A DNA stretch of 64,000 bases from Escherichia coli O157:H7 (GTDB lineage: Bacteria > Pseudomonadota > Gammaproteobacteria > Enterobacterales > Enterobacteriaceae): NCBI RefSeq assembly GCF_013167455.1, contig NZ_CP038328.1. One strand, given 5' to 3'. A model generated the notes under the pieces. That model did not search any database. It saw only the letters and a program-made list of their open reading frames with translations, and was not told where the DNA came from. Numbering within the stretch: position 1 is the first letter of the stretch; each line of letters begins with the position of its first letter. A program made the translations under genes and the position numbers. Shown here piece by piece: positions 11,306-22,406 of this stretch.

Positions 11306-12961
11306 ATGGAATTTTCGTTTTCACCCAAACTTCTTGTTGTTGCTGTCGCCGCCGCTCTTCCTCTCATGGCCAGCGCAGCAGATACCCCGTCAACTGCCAC
11401 CGCGCGCAAAGGCTTTGCCGGATACGATCACCCAAACCAGTATCTGGTTAAACCGGCGACCACTATTGCCGACAACATGATGCCAGTAATGCAGCATCCG
11501 GCGCAGGATAAAGAACCCCAGCAGAAGCTGGCAGAACTTGAGAAAAAAACCGGTAAGAAACCGAATGTGGTTGTTTTCTTGCTGGACGATGTGGGCTGGA
11601 TGGACGTCGGTTTTAACGGTGGCGGCGTGGCGGTGGGTAACCCTACACCAGATATCGACGCCGTTGCCAGCCAGGGGCTGATTTTAACTTCGGCGTATTC
11701 TCAACCAAGCTCTTCCCCAACCCGCGCCACCATTCTCACCGGACAATACTCCATCCACCACGGCATTCTGATGCCGCCAATGTACGGGCAACCGGGCGGG
11801 CTGCAAGGGTTAACCACGCTGCCGCAGTTGCTGCACGATCAGGGCTACGTCACTCAGGCCATCGGGAAATGGCATATGGGGGAAAACAAAGAGTCGCAGC
11901 CGCAGAACGTTGGCTTTGATGATTTCCGTGGCTTTAACTCGGTGTCTGATATGTACACCGAATGGCGCGACGTTCACGTCAATCCGGAAGTGGCCCTGAG
12001 TCCGGACCGTTCTGAATACATCAAGCAATTACCATTTAGCAAAGATGACGTTCATGCGGTGCGCGGCGGCGAACAACAGGCCATTGCCGACATTACGCCG
12101 AAATATATGGAAGATCTGGATCAACGCTGGATGGAATATGGCGTTAAGTTCCTCGACAAGATGGCGAAGAGTGATAAGCCTTTCTTCCTCTATTACGGCA
12201 CTCGCGGCTGTCACTTCGATAACTACCCGAACGCCAAATATGCGGGTAGCTCTCCGGCACGCACCTCGTATGGCGACTGCATGGTGGAAATGAACGATGT
12301 GTTCGCTAATCTGTATAAAGCACTGGAGAAAAACGGTCAGCTTGATAACACGCTGATTGTCTTTACCTCCGATAACGGACCGGAAGCCGAAGTACCGCCG
12401 CACGGACGCACACCGTTCCGTGGTGCGAAAGGATCTACCTGGGAAGGCGGCGTTCGCGTACCGACTTTCGTTTACTGGAAAGGCATGATCCAACCGCGTA
12501 AATCTGACGGTATTGTTGATCTGGCAGATCTCTTCCCAACAGCACTGGATCTGGCGGGGCATCCTGGTGCGAAAGTGGCGAATTTAGTGCCGAAAACCAC
12601 CTTTATCGATGGTGTGGACCAGACATCTTTCTTCCTGGGAACAAATGGTCAGTCTAACCGTAAGGCCGAGCACTACTTCCTCAACGGTAAACTCGCTGCT
12701 GTGCGTATGGATGAATTCAAGTATCACGTCCTGATTCAGCAACCTTACGCTTATACCCAGAGCGGATATCAGGGTGGATTCACCGGCACAGTAATGCAAA
12801 CAGCCGGATCGTCGGTGTTTAACCTCTACACCGATCCGCAGGAGAGCGACTCTATCGGCGTGCGCCATATTCCGATGGGTGTACCGCTACAGACCGAAAT
12901 GCACGCGTATATGGAGATCCTGAAAAAGTATCCACCACGCGCGCAGATTAAATCTGATTAA
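11306..12961 (+). CDS. aslA: Arylsulfatase-like protein (periplasmic, sulfatase family)
   Basis: 551-aa ORF with signal peptide and sulfatase N-terminal motif region ([11 protein letters not shown]...[11 protein letters not shown]). Confidence 0.9.
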   Translation: MEFSFSPKLLVVAVAAALPLMASAADTPSTATARKGFAGYDHPNQYLVKPATTIADNMMPVMQHPAQDKEPQQKLAELEKKTGKKPNVVVFLLDDVGWMDVGFNGGGVAVGNPTPDIDAVASQGLILTSAYSQPSSSPTRATILTGQYSIHHGILMPPMYGQPGGLQGLTTLPQLLHDQGYVTQAIGKWHMGENKESQPQNVGFDDFRGFNSVSDMYTEWRDVHVNPEVALSPDRSEYIKQLPFSKDDVHAVRGGEQQAIADITPKYMEDLDQRWMEYGVKFLDKMAKSDKPFFLYYGTRGCHFDNYPNAKYAGSSPARTSYGDCMVEMNDVFANLYKALEKNGQLDNTLIVFTSDNGPEAEVPPHGRTPFRGAKGSTWEGGVRVPTFVYWKGMIQPRKSDGIVDLADLFPTALDLAGHPGAKVANLVPKTTFIDGVDQTSFFLGTNGQSNRKAEHYFLNGKLAAVRMDEFKYHVLIQQPYAYTQSGYQGGFTGTVMQTAGSSVFNLYTDPQESDSIGVRHIPMGVPLQTEMHAYMEILKKYPPRAQIKSD

Positions 12962-12989
12962 GCCGGCGCTATCGCTGAGATCTGCCTTT

Positions 12990-13093
<104 letters not shown>

Positions 13094-13128
13094 AATCAAC
13101 CGCAGGCGACCACAAAATGGCCGCTTTT

Positions 13129-14364
13129 TTACTTACTCACCACCAGCAAATGCGCCTGCATAATGTCGCTGGCCGGGCGACCGTGCGCCAGCAAATCAGC
13201 CATTGCTTTAAGATATGGCGGTAGATGGCGGAAATAACGCTGATACCCGGCACACAAATAATTCAGTCCCGGTTTGCCGCTGGCATCGAGCATGAAGCGG
13301 TGTTTCGGGCAGCCTCCCCAACATGCTTTTAACACGTTACAACTGCGACACTGCGCCGGTAATTGCTTAAATTTATCTTCACCAAACACCTGCTGTTGCG
13401 GGGAATCGATCATTTCTGCAATTGTTTGCTGGTGCATATTCCCCAGTCGATATTGCGGATAAACATAGTGATCGCAGGCGTAAACGTCGCCATTGTGCTC
13501 AACAATCACCGAGCGCCCACAGGTTGGCTGATGATGGCAAACCGCACCCGGCGCACCGACAAAATTGGCAAACGCCCATTCGATATTCATCACGAAAATC
13601 TTGCCGACGTCGCGTTTAATCCAGTGGTCGAATATCGCCACCAGAAATTCACCAAATTCATCGGGGCGCACAGACCATTCCGTCAGTTCCCCCTGAATAT
13701 CACCAGGCGCATGTAGTTTCAGTCCTTCGCGGGCAGTCGTTTCATCAGCCAGGCGCTCGACCACCGGAATAAACTGGATGAATTCGACTCCCGCATCGCA
13801 CAAAAAATCATAAACCTGTAACGGTTGCTGCGCGCTGGTGCGGTTGACGCAGACCAGCACGTTATAGTCGACATGATGTTTTTGCAGGAGCGTCAGGGCA
13901 CGCATCACCAGTTTATGCGTGGGTCTGCCGCCTTTTGTCACGCGATATTGATTGTGGATCTCAGCCGGACCATCCAGCGATAACCCAACAAGAAAATGAT
14001 TTTCTGCCAGAAATGCACACCATTCATCATCGAGCAGTACGCCGTTAGTCTGGAAGCTGTTACTTATCTTCCTGCCAGCACCATATTTCGCCTGTAGCGC
14101 CACGGCACGGCGGTAAAACTCCAGCCCGAGTAGCGTTGGTTCGCCGCCCTGCCAGGTAAAAGCCACTTCGTTTTGCGGTTCGCTGGCAGCGATATAGTGA
14201 CGGACATACGCTTCCAGCGTGTCATCGTCCATATGCGTGACTGGCTTTTCGCGGTAAAGGGATTGTTTTTCGAGATAAAAACAGTAGTCACAGTTCAGAT
14301 TACAATCGGAACCGCTCGGTTTCGCCATCACATGAAAAGCACGCGTTGGAACCTGTTGCAGCAT
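13129..14364 (-). CDS. aslB: Anaerobic sulfatase-maturating enzyme homolog (radical SAM)
   Basis: Translation MLQQVPTRAFHVMAKPSGSDCNLNCDYCFY... (CxxxCxxC radical-SAM motif); track ORF extends 10 codons upstream. Confidence 0.9.
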   Translation of the reverse strand: MLQQVPTRAFHVMAKPSGSDCNLNCDYCFYLEKQSLYREKPVTHMDDDTLEAYVRHYIAASEPQNEVAFTWQGGEPTLLGLEFYRRAVALQAKYGAGRKISNSFQTNGVLLDDEWCAFLAENHFLVGLSLDGPAEIHNQYRVTKGGRPTHKLVMRALTLLQKHHVDYNVLVCVNRTSAQQPLQVYDFLCDAGVEFIQFIPVVERLADETTAREGLKLHAPGDIQGELTEWSVRPDEFGEFLVAIFDHWIKRDVGKIFVMNIEWAFANFVGAPGAVCHHQPTCGRSVIVEHNGDVYACDHYVYPQYRLGNMHQQTIAEMIDSPQQQVFGEDKFKQLPAQCRSCNVLKACWGGCPKHRFMLDASGKPGLNYLCAGYQRYFRHLPPYLKAMADLLAHGRPASDIMQAHLLVVSK

Positions 14365-14475
14365 GGTCGCTCCTTGCCTGAAGTCATCCTTCAATACGTT
14401 AAGGGCGAAATCATACCGTGGGGCAATGAGTTATTACGGGCGTTTATTGCGAAGGGAGGGTGACGAAATGCACAG

Positions 14476-14504
14476 AAAACAAAAAACCCCGCCGAAGCGG
14501 GGTT
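14476..14504 (-). terminator. Intrinsic terminator of the tRNA operon (downstream of proM)
   Basis: Minus-strand hairpin AACCCCGCUUCGGCGGGGUU followed by U-rich run. Confidence 0.7.
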
Positions 14505-14510
14505 CAAAAT

Positions 14511-14587
14511 TGGTCGGCGAGAGAGGATTCGAACCTCCGACCCACTGGTCCCAAACCAGTTGCGCTACCAAGCTGCGCTACTCGCCG
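14511..14587 (-). tRNA. proM: tRNA-Pro (anticodon UGG)
   Basis: 77-nt reverse-complement match to canonical E. coli tRNA-Pro incl. encoded CCA. Confidence 0.95.
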
Positions 14588-14629
14588 AAATACTGCTTTT
14601 TGAATTTTTAGTTCAATTCTTTAAAGTCG

Positions 14630-14716
14630 TGGTGCGAGGGGGGGGACTTGAACCCCCACGTCCGTAAGGACACTAACACCTGAAGCTAGCGCGTCTACCA
14701 ATTCCGCCACCTTCGC
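14630..14716 (-). tRNA. leuT: tRNA-Leu (anticodon CAG), distal copy
   Basis: 87-nt match to E. coli tRNA-Leu(CAG) with long variable arm and CCA. Confidence 0.93.
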
Positions 14717-14736
14717 ATTGTCACAACTTCTAATAA

Positions 14737-14813
14737 TGGGGTGGCTAATGGGATTCGAACCTCCGACCCACTGGTCCCAAACCAGTTGCGCTACCAAGCT
14801 GCGCTACTCGCCG
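14737..14813 (-). pseudogene. Chimeric tRNA-like element: tRNA-Pro(UGG) 5' body fused at the T-loop to the tRNA-His 3' T-stem/acceptor strand
   Basis: Read 5'->3' on minus strand: CGGCGAGTAGCGCAGCTTGGTAGCGCAACTGGTTTGGGACCAGTGGGTCGGAG (proM-identical) + GTTCGAATCCCATTAGCCACCCCA (hisR-identical); acceptor and T stems no longer base-pair. Confidence 0.85.
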
Positions 14814-14855
14814 AAATACTGCTTTTTGAATTTTTAGTTCAATTCTTTAAAGTCG

Positions 14856-14942
14856 TGGTGCGAGGGGGGGGACTTGAACCCCCACGTCCGTAAGGACACT
14901 AACACCTGAAGCTAGCGCGTCTACCAATTCCGCCACCTTCGC
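14856..14942 (-). tRNA. leuT: tRNA-Leu (anticodon CAG), proximal copy
   Basis: Identical 87-nt sequence to the copy at 14630-14716. Confidence 0.93.
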
Positions 14943-14962
14943 ATTGTCACAACTTCTAATAA

Positions 14963-15039
14963 TGGGGTGGCTAATGGGATTCGAACCCACGACAACTGGA
15001 ATCACAATCCAGGGCTCTACCAACTGAGCTATAGCCACC
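14963..15039 (-). tRNA. hisR: tRNA-His (anticodon GUG)
   Basis: 77-nt match to E. coli tRNA-His incl. extra 5' G(-1) and CCA. Confidence 0.95.
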
Positions 15040-15096
15040 ACTACAAATCTTGTTACGCGGTATTACTACCACCGCAGCTCAAGCGCCGGGACTAAA

Positions 15097-15173
<77 letters not shown>

Positions 15174-15186
15174 TTAGCGCCGTTGC

Positions 15187-15240
15187 GGGGGTGGATAATA
15201 CGGACTTCCCCCCCCTCTGTCTAGTCCCTTTTTAAATAAA
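15187..15240 (-). promoter_or_regulatory. Sigma-70 promoter of the tRNA operon (-35 TAGACA, 17-bp spacer, -10 TATTAT, GC-rich discriminator, AT-rich upstream)
   Basis: Minus strand: TAGACA (15218-15223), TATTAT (15195-15200), then CCACCCCCGC before argX 5' end; inference from consensus. Confidence 0.6.
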
Positions 15241-15275
15241 TTGCGCGTTTGGTTACGGTTTGTGCGTTTTGCTGC

Positions 15276-16661
15276 TTATTCCTCCAGTTTATGCGCTTTC
15301 CCGTGGCGATTAAGGCCAAAAACTTTATAAATCGCCGTCACCGCCAGCATAAAGATGATGCCAACAAACAGCGACATACGCGTATCTTCATTAAAGTACA
15401 TGCCGATCAAAACGCAAATCAGGAATGCCATTGTTACGTAGTTGGCCCACGGGAACAGGATTGAGCGGAACGGATGGCTGGCAATCGCCGCTTTATGTGC
15501 ACGCCGAAAACGCAGCTGGCTTATCAATATCACAAACCATGGCACCATCCCCGGAAGCACGCTGGCACTGTAGACGTAGACAAACACACGCTGCGGATTG
15601 GGAATGATGTAGTTCAGGCATGAGCCAATTAGCAGAATAGCAATAGATACTGCCACACCCGCAACCGGTACGCCGTGACGGGAAACTTTCGCCATCGCCG
15701 CCGGTAACTGACGGTTTTTCGCCAGTGCGTAGAGCATACGTCCGCAACTGTACATGCCGCTGTTACAGCCAGAGAGCGCAGCCGTCAGCACCACAAAGTT
15801 GATAATGCCCGCCGCTGCGGTAATACCGATTTTGGCAAAAGTCAGTACGAACGGGCTGCCGTTGCTGCCTATTTCATTCCACGGGAAGATGGTGACGATA
15901 ACGAAAATCGCGCCAACGTAGAAAATCAGGATCCGCCACAGCACCTTGCCTACGGCACTGCGCAGCGTCACCTGCGGATTCTTCGCTTCACCGGCAGTAA
16001 TGCCAATCAGCTCCACGCCCTGGTAGGACGCCACCACAATACACAGCGCGGTCAGGAACCCTTTCCAGCCACCCGCAAAGAAACCGCCATGCTCTGTGAG
16101 ATTGCTAAAACCAATCGACTGCCCGCCATTGCCAAAGCCAAAGAAAATCACGCCCAGGCCAATGACAATCATCACGATAATCGTGGTGACTTTGATCATC
16201 GCGAACCAGAACTCGATTTCGCCGTACAACCGCACCGCTGCCAGATTCGCCAACGCCACCAGCGCCACTGCGATCAATGCGGGTATCCACTGCGCCATCT
16301 CCGGGAACCAGAACTGGACATAAACGCCAATGGCGGTGATTTCAGAGATCCCCACCGCCATCCACATAAACCAGTAAGACCAGGCGGTGAGATAGCCAAA
16401 GAACGGGCTCATATAACGATGCGCATAAACGGCGAACGAACCGGTAACCGGTTCGAGGAACAACATTTCGCCCATTGAACGCATGATGAAAAAGACGAAC
16501 AGCCCGGCGATGATATAGGCCAACAATACGGATGGCCCGGCCCATTTCAGGGTACTGGCGGCCCCCATAAACAGGCCGACGCCAATGGTGCCCCCCAGGG
16601 CGATGAGTTCGATATGTCGAGCTTCCAGCCCACGCTGTAGCTCTGGTTTGTTATCTGCCAT
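15276..16661 (-). CDS. yifK: Amino-acid permease family transporter YifK
   Basis: 461-aa polytopic membrane [36 protein letters not shown]... (APC-type N-terminal motif). Confidence 0.9.
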
Positions 16662-16795
16662 AAATCCTCGTGTTGTGTTTGCATGCTTTCCGGTGTTACC
16701 GGTTATCGTTATGGGTACATCGAGTGTTGCGAATGTTTTCGTAATTCAGGAGAAATGGCAAATAAAGCATTAAAAATTTGAATGCTTTGTGTAAT

Positions 16796-16833
16796 AAAAA
16801 AGCAGACAGGCGACGGAGTGACCACTCCGTCGC
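16796..16833 (-). terminator. Hairpin terminator at the 3' end of the wec cluster
   Basis: Minus-strand stem GCGACGGAGUGGUCACUCCGUCGC followed by CUGUCUGCUUUUUU. Confidence 0.5.
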
Positions 16834-16851
16834 TTTACAAAGAGAGGAAAA

Positions 16852-17592
16852 TCAGAGGTTGCCGGTGTAATGCCAGCGTAAATAACGCAGCAAACGAAGC
16901 TGACGCTTAATGCGGCTCGGCTGCGAAAGCAGGCGGTAGAGCCACTCCAGCCCCAGCGTTTGCCAGATTTTCGGTGCGCGTTTTACGTGACCGGTGAAAA
17001 CATCGTAAGTCCCGCCAACGCCCATATACAGCGCATCTGGATGCACCAGACGGCAGTCGCGCATGAAGATCTCCTGCTTTGGCGATCCCATCGCAACGGT
17101 GACGATTTGCGCTCCGCTGGCATGAATGCGTTCAAACAGCGCCTGACGCTGCTCGGGTTTAAAATAACCATCCTGACTGCCAACGATATTCACATTCCAC
17201 TGGTTGCGCAGTTTAGCTTCAGTTTGCGCCAGCACTTCAGGTTTACCGCCCACAAGAAATACCGTCGTCCCTTCTTTGCCTGCGCGCGCCATCAGCTCTT
17301 CCCAGAGATCGGCACCGGCAACGCGGGAAACCTGCGCCTGCGGGTACTTTTTACGTACTGAACGTACAACGCTGATGCCATCCGCATATTTAAATTCGGC
17401 AGCGTTAATTAACTCCCTGACCTCGGCGTTCTCTTCAATGGTCAGCATTTTTTCAGCATTAATGGCAACCAGCGTTCCCTGCTTAAGCTGCCCGTCAGCA
17501 AACAGATAATCGAGGGCATGCTGCATATCACGCCAACCAATCAACTGTAAGCCACGCAGCGTATAGGTCGGTGCCGTGGTGTTGTTATTCAT
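16852..17592 (-). CDS. wecG: UDP-ManNAcA transferase (ECA lipid III synthesis)
   Basis: 246-aa ORF; WecG/TagA glycosyltransferase family; last gene of wec cluster. Confidence 0.9.
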   Translation of the reverse strand: MNNNTTAPTYTLRGLQLIGWRDMQHALDYLFADGQLKQGTLVAINAEKMLTIEENAEVRELINAAEFKYADGISVVRSVRKKYPQAQVSRVAGADLWEELMARAGKEGTTVFLVGGKPEVLAQTEAKLRNQWNVNIVGSQDGYFKPEQRQALFERIHASGAQIVTVAMGSPKQEIFMRDCRLVHPDALYMGVGGTYDVFTGHVKRAPKIWQTLGLEWLYRLLSQPSRIKRQLRLLRYLRWHYTGNL

Positions 17593-17594
17593 TG

Positions 17595-18947
17595 TTATCC
17601 TTCAACCTGCGTCCGGAGCGATGATTTTGTACGTTTATGAATGAGTCCGGCGCTTTCAAAAAGCCAGTACAACAGTTTTGCGATCATCAGACATGCGCCG
17701 AAGACCACGATAAAAAAGACCACGCGTGAGACAAACGAATCCAGCCCTTCACGCGCCAGCACGATCATATTGAAGATCGCCCCAAAGCAGAAACTGTGCA
17801 ATATCGCAGCCTTATAGCGATTAGTTTCGCGGTTGCCCAGCTCATACAGCCAGTCGAACCATTTGATGATCAGTCCAACCACAATCGCCCCGAGCGGGAT
17901 GAACAACGCGCCGCCCATCACCACCAGTGAGCCTATAAGCGTAGGCGAGATCGCCAGTCCGGAGTGGTTATTCAGCACTTCCCAGGTAAAGTAGTTGGCT
18001 GAGTTCAGCACCATACTCGGGCGACCCGGCCACAGCCAGGAAGGGATAAAGACATAGAAATCGCGGACAATTGGCGCCAGGCCCTGGAAGTCGATGTTGT
18101 CGTAGTTCTGCAACAGCAACGCCAGATTCTCCCACGGCGAGAAGGTGTCGCGAGTGAGATAGAGAAACGTATAGAACGCTTCATCGCCGCTCACATTCAT
18201 TCCATAGCGTTTTAGCGCCAGCCAGAACATGCCAACAATCCCCAGCACGCCCGCCGCCGCCAGCATCCACAACGAAATCCAGCCGCGAATAATGCCAATA
18301 AACAGGAAGATAGCGAATGCGATGATGATATTGGCGCGAGTGCCGCCGACAATCATATAAGTCAGCAAGCCAAAGGCGACCGTGCTGACGAGGAAAAACA
18401 GCCACGCTTTGCTGTCCTGGCGCAGAAAGTAGACCACCAGCATCGCCGGGATGAAAAAGTAAAAGAAGCGTTTTAACGCCACGCCGGAGACTTCACTGGA
18501 AAAGATCTGACTGTAGGAGTTAAGCCGGAACAGCAAAAAGCCGTTGTGCATGAAGAAGATGCCGACGCTTACCAGCGCGATACCCATCAGGATCACCCAC
18601 GTAAGATTGGTTTCCACGCGGTTCATGGTAAACAGCGGACGGCGCGGTACATCAGCAACGCGTTTGCGTAGGCGGGTTTTGTAGGTGACGTAGTAAACCG
18701 CGTAGAAGCAGCCCGCAGAAAGCAACGCCTGCAACAGGATTTCTGGCGGCGCGACACCAACATCAAAGCGAAACACCAGCACGCTGGTCAGCGGGAAGCC
18801 AAAGAAAAAGGTGAGCAGAAACAGCAATGAAAAGAATACATTGAAGTTAAAGCGCACACGACGAAACTCAAACCAGGTCAGCGTGGCAATAAACAGCGTG
18901 CAGAGCAGCCAGACAACAAACAGGCCACTGAATTGCAGCAGACTCAT
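17595..18947 (-). CDS. wzyE: ECA polymerase
   Basis: 450-aa polytopic membrane ORF; position between wecF and wecG. Confidence 0.88.
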
Positions 18948-20023
18948 GCGACCTCCCCGGCGGCAATCGCCAACGCCCGCTGCCAGCCTTGTAGATAGTT
19001 AGGGCTAAAGAAGGCAATGGTGTTTTTATCCACCGACGCCAACTGGCGCTGCGCTTCACGCACAATATCCTCGTTGAGATCGTCGGTAGTAAACAGCACC
19101 GGTAAATGCTGTTCCGTCATATCCTGCCAGAACGGATTTTCCCGGTTAAGCACACAAGGAATGCCCGCCTGAATCAGTAAGCACAGCGTACCAATGCCCT
19201 GCTGGCGGGCAAAAATAAAGTAACCAAGATCGCACTGACGAAGTAGCGTCAGATAGGCGTCAAATTCCAGTTTTTCACTCAGAACTTGCAGATTTTCTTC
19301 GCTGAATAACTCCAGCCCCGCCTGACGAACTTCCTCGATGTACGCTTCGTTATGAGGCGGATATCCCATCGGCACCACCACTTTTACCGTATCGCCAAAT
19401 TGCTGATGAACGGCGCGCAAGGCAGCAATATGCTCATTGCTGCGGTCGCCGGAGTTCCCCACCAGAATGGTCATTTTCCCTTCACGTTGCCGATCGTTCG
19501 CCATCGTATTGAGAGAAGCATCCATCCGCGTCGGGAAGTACAGCAGTTCGCCCCGCACCTTTGGGTGCGTTTTGGCAAAAAAGCTCAAATCACCACGGGT
19601 GGCAAATACACAGCCGACTCGCTTTTGCGCCAGGCGACGTAGTGGGTAAAAAAGCTTATATCTCAAGCCACTGGAAAGCTCGTACAGGTCTGCCCCCCAG
19701 ATATGCCAGTAAAACTGGCTGGGCTTAATGCCACCACTCAGCAGAGCCAGCCACAGTGTGGGATTGAACTGACCGTGGAAGAAAAAACGCTGCTGACGGT
19801 TAGCTTTTGCTTTCGCGATGACCGCTTCCGCCAGCGATTTTTTCCCAGGGAAAAATTGCACAGAAAGCGCCGGACAGCTATCACTTAAGCCGTCGTCCTT
19901 GCCAACAACCATAAACTCGCGCGCGTGCTCGCTCGTCGCGGCCAGCGCGTCATTGAAAAACCGCAAAACGGTTCGGTTATGGTGAGGGATATCCGATCCC
20001 AGTACGTGAATCAGTACAGTCAT
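18944..20023 (-). CDS. wecF: TDP-Fuc4NAc:lipid II Fuc4NAc transferase
   Basis: 359-aa [28 protein letters not shown]...; ATGA overlaps with neighbours. Confidence 0.88.
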
Positions 20024-21270
20024 GCCCGCCTACGCCAGAGTAAAAACACGCCACAACAAAGAGAAAAATAGACGATATAGGTTGCCATATATGCCTGTGC
20101 CGCGCCCAGCGCGCCGTGCGTAGGGATTAGCCAGTGGGCAAATACCATCAATAAAGTGAACTGGCTGACTTCCGCCAGAATATAAAACCGCAGTGAAGCT
20201 TTGGCGATCACCAGATAACCAAAGACATAAGCGCCCACTTTTAACACATCACCCACCAACTGCCAGGCAAAGAGATCGCGCATAGCGGTAAATTTATTCG
20301 ACAACAGCAGCCAGATAGCAAAATCACGCAGCAACCAGACGGTAAAACTCGCCGCCGCCACTGCCGGTAAGACGAATTTCAGCGATTTAACCACTTCCCG
20401 GGTGATATCGCGCTTTTCCGTTAGCCGCGACAACGTGGGCAGCAAATATACGCTGAACGATGCCGTAATAAATTGCAGGTAGGCATCGGAAATACTGCTC
20501 ACCCCTTGCCAGATCCCCACCTCATCCCAGCTATACTGCGCCGCCAGCAGTTTACGCATCATGATGTAAGCAACAGGCAAGGTCACCGACGTAATCAACG
20601 TCATGAGCGTAAATTTGCTCAACTGCCCTGCCAGACCGTTATCCCAGCTGGGTTTCAGATAGCTTAACGGGATAGCACCACGCTTAATTAACATGACGGC
20701 GGCAGGAATCACCACCAGCGCGGGAATCAACGCCAGACCCAGCAACGCCCCTTCATATCCGCCCAAACGGTAACTGACGTAGTACGCAAGAACGCCAATC
20801 AAGCTGCCAACAATCAGAGATAACGCATTACCTGCGGCATCGCGAAAGCCTTTCATCAACGCCAGTAACAGGTTGCCCCAGGCGATCCCCATTTGCACCA
20901 GCGCCACTAAACGCACCAGCCCCTGATAGTCGTGATTACCAAACAATCCCAAGCTGATTGGCGCAGCTGCCAGCACAAAAACCAGCGCCATCAGCGTAGA
21001 GAAGCCAAGTACCATCGCTGATGAAGTGCCGACCACGCGGCGCAGCTGTTGCGGATTATCATGGTACTGGGCAACGTATTTGGTTACACCGTTAAAGATG
21101 CCAGCCCCGGCAAGCACGCCGAGCACGGTAATCAACTGGCGGAAATTTGCCGCCAGCCCAAGCCCCGCCGGACCAAATGACACCGCCAGCAACTTACCGA
21201 CCAGTAACCCGGCACCAATCTTGACCAGTGTACTGGCCGCCGTCCACAAGGACGCTTTTGCCAACGACAT
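20020..21270 (-). CDS. wzxE: ECA lipid III flippase (Wzx family)
   Basis: 416-aa polytopic membrane ORF; wec context. Confidence 0.88.
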   Translation of the reverse strand: MSLAKASLWTAASTLVKIGAGLLVGKLLAVSFGPAGLGLAANFRQLITVLGVLAGAGIFNGVTKYVAQYHDNPQQLRRVVGTSSAMVLGFSTLMALVFVLAAAPISLGLFGNHDYQGLVRLVALVQMGIAWGNLLLALMKGFRDAAGNALSLIVGSLIGVLAYYVSYRLGGYEGALLGLALIPALVVIPAAVMLIKRGAIPLSYLKPSWDNGLAGQLSKFTLMTLITSVTLPVAYIMMRKLLAAQYSWDEVGIWQGVSSISDAYLQFITASFSVYLLPTLSRLTEKRDITREVVKSLKFVLPAVAAASFTVWLLRDFAIWLLLSNKFTAMRDLFAWQLVGDVLKVGAYVFGYLVIAKASLRFYILAEVSQFTLLMVFAHWLIPTHGALGAAQAYMATYIVYFSLCCGVFLLWRRRA

Positions 21271-21271
21271 A

Positions 21272-22402
21272 TCAGGAGAAGTAGTTCAACAAAGTCGCAA
21301 TTACCGTACGCTGATTGACGGGCGACAGGTTGTAGAACAGCGGCAGGCGCAGCAGGCGCTCGCTCTCTTTGGTGGTGTAGCGATCTTCACCGTGGAACTC
21401 ACCAAAGCGTTCCCCCGCAGGGCAACCGTGCAGCGGAATGTAATGGAACACCGCCATGATTTCCGCTTCTTTCAGAAAGTTAATCAACGCGCTCCGGTCA
21501 CCAATATCCCGCAGTTTAATGTAAAACATATGCGCGTTCTGCAAGCAGCCATCGGGAATCGACGGCAGCTCGATACGCCCGGCTTTCGCCAGAGGTGCTA
21601 ACGCATCGTAGTAGTTTTGCCACAGCGCCAGACGTTGCTGGTTGATACGATCCGCTGCTTCCAGTTGCGCCCACAGGTACGCAGCTTGCAGATCGGACAT
21701 CAAATAGCTGGAGCCGATATCGCGCCAGGTATATTTATCGACCTGACCACGGAAGAACTGGCTGCGGTTTGTGCCTTTTTCACGGATGATCTCGGCTCGT
21801 TCGATCAACGCTTTATCGTTAATCAGCGTCGCGCCGCCTTCACCGCCCGCCGTGTAGTTTTTGGTTTCATGGAAGCTAAAGCAGCCAATATGACCAATGG
21901 TTCCCAGTGCACGCCCTTTGTAAGTGGACATCACGCCCTGAGCAGCATCTTCCACCACAAACAGATTATGCTTTTTCGCCAACGCCATAATGGTGTCCAT
22001 TTCGCAGGCCACGCCCGCGTAATGCACCGGCACGATAACGCGCGTTTTGTCGGTGATCGCCGCTTCAATCAACGTTTCGTCGATGTTCATGGTGTCCGGG
22101 CGAACATCCACAAAAACGATTTTTGCGCCACGCAGCACAAAGGCATTGGCGGTGGAGACAAAGGTGTAGCTCGGCATGATCACTTCATCGCCAGGCTGGA
22201 TATCGAGCAGCAGCGCCGCCATCTCCAGCGAAGCGGTGCAGGACGGCGTCAGTAACACTTTGGCGCTGCCAAAACGTTGCTCCAGCCACTGCTGGCAGCG
22301 ACGGGTAAAACCGCCATCGCCACACAGTTTGCCGCTACCCATTGCCGACTGCATATAGTCGAGTTCGGTTCCCACCACCGGCGGTGCGTTAAATGGAATC
22401 AT
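21272..22402 (-). CDS. wecE: dTDP-4-amino-4,6-dideoxygalactose transaminase (DegT/PLP family)
   Basis: 376-aa ORF MIPFNAPPVVGTELDYMQSAM...; PLP aminotransferase fold motifs. Confidence 0.9.
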   Translation of the reverse strand: MIPFNAPPVVGTELDYMQSAMGSGKLCGDGGFTRRCQQWLEQRFGSAKVLLTPSCTASLEMAALLLDIQPGDEVIMPSYTFVSTANAFVLRGAKIVFVDVRPDTMNIDETLIEAAITDKTRVIVPVHYAGVACEMDTIMALAKKHNLFVVEDAAQGVMSTYKGRALGTIGHIGCFSFHETKNYTAGGEGGATLINDKALIERAEIIREKGTNRSQFFRGQVDKYTWRDIGSSYLMSDLQAAYLWAQLEAADRINQQRLALWQNYYDALAPLAKAGRIELPSIPDGCLQNAHMFYIKLRDIGDRSALINFLKEAEIMAVFHYIPLHGCPAGERFGEFHGEDRYTTKESERLLRLPLFYNLSPVNQRTVIATLLNYFS

Positions 22403-22406
22403 GTGA

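Larger units (their letters stand above)
14525..14976. repeat. Perfect tandem duplication, 2 x 226 bp, bounded by the shared 11-bp T-loop motif GGATTCGAACC
   Basis: Units 14525-14750 and 14751-14976 are identical base for base on inspection; the motif recurs at 14977-14987 in hisR. Confidence 0.9.
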
